Shown here in pieces: positions 22,246 to 26,419 of a DNA stretch of 26,419 nucleotides. The translations under genes were made by a program, and so were the position numbers. Location: NCBI GenBank assembly GCA_051362555.1, contig CM120644.1, forward strand, positions 44,035-70,453, in the 5' to 3' direction. Source of the DNA: Lingula anatina (lineage: Eukaryota; Animalia; Brachiopoda). Position 1 is the first letter of the stretch. Every line of letters starts with the position of its first letter. The notes under the pieces are model-generated. The model was given only the letters and a program-made list of their open reading frames with translations, was not told where the DNA came from and searched no databases.

Positions 22246-22804
22246 ATGAGTAAAATGACTGATAAAGAATTAAAAACATTAATTATAAGAATGATAAAAC
22301 ATTCTATGAAAGAAAATAGTATTGATGATCCCTATTTTATGAAATATTGTAAAGAAATGAAATATAGCAGTGTTATTTAATCACTATTTAAAAATGTTTT
22401 TAATAGAAAAATTAGATACAAAATTGAAAAGAGCAAAGTGGATAGATGAGAAAGATATTAGAGAAATTGTTGAAAAAGTTGCTAAAGATATTAAGTTAGA
22501 TGATGAACCAAATATTATGTTACCCAAAGAATATATTGATTTTTTAAAAAGTGTTGGATTTACAATTAATGAAACTAGAAAAATAATTGAAAAAGACTTA
22601 ACAGATAAAGATGGTGATACAAGTTATATTTATGCTTTTTTATTTAAAGGTGATACTTGTTGTGGAGAAAACATATTTGATAAAAAATATCATTTATGAT
22701 TGGAAGAACATACAAAAAAACAATCATTTAAAACTTTGTATAAAACAGATGATTTTGAGTTTGCAAAAAAATATATTAAGGAATGAATTAAACTAAATAA
22801 ATAA
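22246..22804 (+). pseudogene. Hypothetical protein with a +1 frameshift at CCC-T (22330)
   Basis: ATG 22246 frame joins the 22370 frame if one C is skipped; code-4 end at 22804. Confidence 0.5.
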
Positions 22805-23217
22805 TTATGGAATACATAGATACACTAATTACTTTTATTGTAATATCAACAATAATTAAAATTATTTTAATAGCATACATAATGCATTTAATGGTAAAAA
22901 CTAATAATATTATGGCTATGAACAGGGGGGATTGGAAAAAACTATAATTTCATATATTGATAGAATTAGAGAACTGGAGAATTAAAGTAGAAAAATTAAA
23001 GAGAAATGGTAAAGATATATAGCTGTGCATCCTGTGGCAGAACAACAGAACATAATTATTGTAGAAAGTGTTACTATTGCTTATGATGTTGTATATGTAG
23101 AAGGAGATAGCTAAAACACAATCTGGGGGGAGACAAGTTATTCTTTATATCTAATTTTTTTTTATTGTGTTTTGTACCTAATGTATCCCCCCAATTTTTA
23201 AAGAAAGGAAAAATATA

Positions 23218-23537
23218 ATGACAAGTGAATACTTAAAAAAATATATAAAAGAAAACAAAGAGAAAAATTAGAAAATATCAAAAAAAATATAGAGAGGAAA
23301 ACAAAGATAGAGCAAGAGAGTATCAAAAAGAATACAGAGAAAAACACCCTGATTATTGAAACAATTATAGAAAAAGAACTGGGTAATAAATATAATGATT
23401 ACCAAAAAAAATATCAAGAAGAGTATAGAAAAGCTAATGCTGGTTATCAAAGAAAATATAGAGCATTAAATAGACAAAAATGGAAAGAATACTATAGAAA
23501 TTATAAAAAAAAGAACCAAGATAAGGAGGATATGTAA
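23218..23537 (+). pseudogene. Frameshifted basic Y/K/R/E helical-repeat protein
   Basis: YQKKYREENK-type repeats broken at an A run (~23263) and GGG-TAA (~23381); strong RBS. Confidence 0.55.
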
Positions 23538-23864
23538 TGTTTGATAAAAAAAAGTTTTTGATACAAGCAACAATAATTTTAATATGAGTAATAGCATTTG
23601 CCATATTAGCAGTATTAAAAGGTTTTGAAATAATATAAAAAGAATAGAATAGAATGATTAAATTAAAAAAATGTATAATTTGTGAAAAAAAAATAAAGAA
23701 ATGAGATTACTGACATTGATGTAAAGAGTGCTTTTCTTTGGTTGATAAACCAAGTAATTTTTTTGAAATAAAAGGTATAAAAGATTTTTGAAAAGCACAT
23801 AGAAAATTACATAGTAATTATTATAGAGATTACAGAAATAAAAATATAGATAAACTAAAAGCAT

Positions 23865-24143
23865 ATGAAAGATGATATTATTCAATTCATAAAGAGAAAA
23901 AAAAAGAATATAGAAAGAAAAATAAAGAAAAATATAGTCAATATTATAAAGAATATAGAGTTAAAAAATAAAAAAAAAGCTTTGAAATATCAAAAAGTAT
24001 ACCAAAAAACAAATAAAGAAAAATTAGACAATATCAAAAAGAGTATAGAGAGAAACACAAAGATAAAGCAAAAGAGTATCAAAGAAATTATAGAGAAAAA
24101 AATAAAAATATTATTTGTATTCCTGGTATTGAGGGTAACTTAA
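23865..24143 (+). pseudogene. Second frameshifted Y/K/R/E repeat ORF
   Basis: KEYRKKNKEK/YQKEYREKHK repeats switch frames; similar to 23218-23345. Confidence 0.45.
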
Positions 24144-24320
24144 TTAAATATAGAAAATAAATTATATTACTGAATTACATAGTGGTTTTTTAAAAGAATT
24201 ATAAAACCTTTAATACCAGAAATACAAGTTATAAAAACCCAGGTGGGGGGTCTGTTTTATTTCCATTTTTCAGTCCCCCCATAATTTGTCTAAAATTATA
24301 GGTGTTAATTTTTGAAATGA

Positions 24321-24349
24321 TTCACTAAAAATTGATATGATGGTATACT
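24321..24349 (+). promoter_or_regulatory. Sigma-A promoter
   Basis: TTCACT-17 bp-TATACT with extended TG. Confidence 0.6.
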
Positions 24350-24439
24350 GGTGCTTGTTTGTGCTAGATACTTTTTTTTTTGCTTAAAATGTTAATTAGT
24401 TAAGCCATCCAATGGCTAAGAATGGAGAAAATAGCAATT

Positions 24440-24895
24440 ATGAACTATAAGCTAACATTGCAAGAATTGCAAGAATTGCAAGATGGAGCAATTAAAAGAA
24501 TTAATCACCACATAGAGCACTATATGGATGATAAGGATGCAATCCTTAAATGATACATAAGAAAGGAGAAAAGAACAGAACCAAAGGATCACCCTAGTTG
24601 AAAAGGTAAACTAACAAAGGGACAACTTAAAAAGTTAAAAGGAGATATAAAAAATGGCTATCCTACTTGTTGAGCTTTTAGCTTAACAATTGCCACCCAA
24701 TCCTTTATTTTTAATTTTGAGAATGGAGAAATAGCAGAGGATTTAATGGATTTATGAAATAAAAAAGAACATAAAAAATATATAGCCCCAAAGCTAAAAG
24801 AAAGAATAGACCAAATAATAAAAGCCATTAAATACAGAATAGCTAAAAGAGCAACAGCAGCAGAGGGATCACAAGCTAAGAAATGGAGAGCATAG
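24440..24895 (+). CDS. Hypothetical protein (151 aa; alternative start 24422)
   Basis: Open in code 4 with 4 TGA; GGAG RBS; absent from the ORF track. Confidence 0.65.
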
Positions 24896-24900
24896 AAAAA

Positions 24901-25194
24901 ATGAACTACTACACAAAAGAAAAGCTAGAGCAAGCTTTAAAAAAACACTATAAAAGCAAAACTAAAAACTATTTAATTATTAAGTTTAAAGACAAGACAC
25001 AAGGGCCAACCCCAAGCTATAAAATTAAAGACTTTGAAAGCTTAAAAGAGTTGATAGCTTGCACCCTTTATTGATACTTAAACATAACAGACAGAGAAAG
25101 CTTAAACAGGGACATTAAAGCTATTATAAACAAAGAAATTAAAGCACAAGCTAAAGAATTAAAAGATATTAAAATGGCAAAGCTTTTAATTTAA
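24901..25194 (+). CDS. Hypothetical protein (97 aa)
   Basis: Extends past TGA 25072 to TAA. Confidence 0.6.
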
Positions 25195-25286
25195 CATATA
25201 ACCCTAATTTATTAATTTTTAATAAAAAGCCAGTTTTTTAAGCTTAAGCTATGGATCACAAAAGAAAGAAAGAGAGAATAGAGAAA

Positions 25287-25736
25287 ATGACAGAAAAACA
25301 AACAGCAAAACAATTAAAGCTATTGAGTTTTTACAATAGCCAAGAAATGGAGAAAATAAAAGAAATTATAGACTACAGCAAACACATTAAAAAGCATTTA
25401 GAAGCTTTAAGAGAATATAAAAGAAGATATAAGAAACAAGAGAAGCACAGAGACAAGCCAGGGGTTAAAATGTTTTTATCATTAACTAAATTAAAAATCC
25501 AAAGCCCAGCAGCTTATTTAGAAAGGATCACAGGGGAGCTATTGACTAAGTTTTTAGCTATATATCAAAAAGCACACAAAAGAGCTAACCAAGAACTAAA
25601 AAGTAAATATAACAGAGGAGAAAGCAAAAGCTTTAAACCTATTAAGTTTTTAGATAGTTTTAAGCATCCCTTATATGTTGAAATTAACAACACAAGGGAT
25701 AGCATCAGTTGAGAGTTTAAAGAGTTTATAGAATAA
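25287..25736 (+). CDS. Hypothetical basic protein (149 aa; alternative start 25251)
   Basis: Extends past TGA 25710 to TAA. Confidence 0.6.
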
Positions 25737-25911
25737 CAAGAACCAGACAATAACCACAACATAGAAAAGAATGGCAGCAGTTAGTTTAATTGTTGCCATT
25801 TTTGCTATGTAACACATAACAAACAAAGCAATTAAGGGGTAACACTTAAAGGCAATAAAAGGATCACAAGCTAAGCAATGGATCACAAACTAATTAATAA
25901 TTAAATTAATT

Positions 25912-25943
25912 AAAGAATAGCTAATTTTTAGCTTGTTTTTTGT
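25912..25943 (+). terminator. Possible Rho-independent terminator
   Basis: AGCTAA-TTT-TTAGCT hairpin with T-rich tail. Confidence 0.45.
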
Positions 25944-26342
25944 TAGTATTGACAGAGTAAAACTAAGGGTGCACTTTCAAAATTAAAGTTAAAAATGGCT
26001 AAGTTATAAAATTAAAAAATAAGCTATAGAACTAAAAACTAGCTAAACTTTGAGAAGCACAAAAAAAGACCACAAGCTAAACTATAAACTAATTAAACAA
26101 TTTAAAAACTATAAAAAGAATAAAACCACTAAAAACATATTAAAAAGCCCCCAAATTAAAGAATTAAGCAATAAACACTATAAAACCATTAAATAATTAA
26201 ATATTAAGCTAATAAATACATTAAAAGCTATAAACTAATTAATTATTAACTAGTTAGTTATTAAGTTATTAAATCCATTATTAGCCCCCCATATTTAGCA
26301 TATGATCCTAAGTTTCTACTAGTTAGTTATTGAGTAGTTAAA

Positions 26343-26419
26343 TAGTAAAACATGCCCTAAAATGAGAAACCCAACTGACTATCCCCCCCATACCCAAATG
26401 GCCTCATACCTATAATGGT
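26343..26419. repeat. Terminal direct repeat, right copy
   Basis: Identical to 1-77. Confidence 0.95.

Larger units (their letters stand above)
1..26419 (+). mobile_element. Complete Caudoviricetes-like phage genome (unit length 26342 bp), genetic code 4, probable Mollicutes host
   Basis: Terminal 77-bp identity; terminase, portal and capsid module; long ORFs become continuous when TGA is read as Trp; AGAAAGGA-type RBSs. Confidence 0.92.

Noticed and set aside
5030-25886. Minus-strand ORFs
   Set aside because: F/L/I/S-rich shadows of A-rich + strand genes, with no motifs
25949-25980. Promoter at a perfect TTGACA
   Set aside because: No acceptable -10 at 16-18 bp spacing and no downstream ORF

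Overview
This is an apparently complete circular (or circularly permuted) ~26.3 kb, very AT-rich tailed-phage genome; bases 1-77 equal bases 26343-26419. It uses TGA as Trp (genetic code 4), so the supplied ORF track is fragmented and the host is probably a Mycoplasma/Spiroplasma-type Mollicute. Re-read in code 4, all credible genes lie on the + strand. The left arm is an intact virion module: putative TerS, TerL, a 1082-aa protein, scaffold, major capsid, portal, an adaptor/collagen/YadA-neck fibre fusion and a holin-like protein. The centre holds a very basic KTSC-domain protein, followed by a ~270-nt structured ncRNA that ends in a non-canonical, CCA-bearing tRNA-like domain and a terminator; this is the best candidate for a novel system. 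The right arm carries a PD-(D/E)XK nuclease, ERF, SSB-like proteins, a RuvC-like resolvase, an adenine methyltransferase, many Zn-finger miniproteins and a membrane-anchored collagen protein. It shows many single-base frameshifts and almost no CpG. I recognised no polymerase, helicase, integrase, tape measure or lysin. All calls come from manual translation and motif recognition, not database searches.
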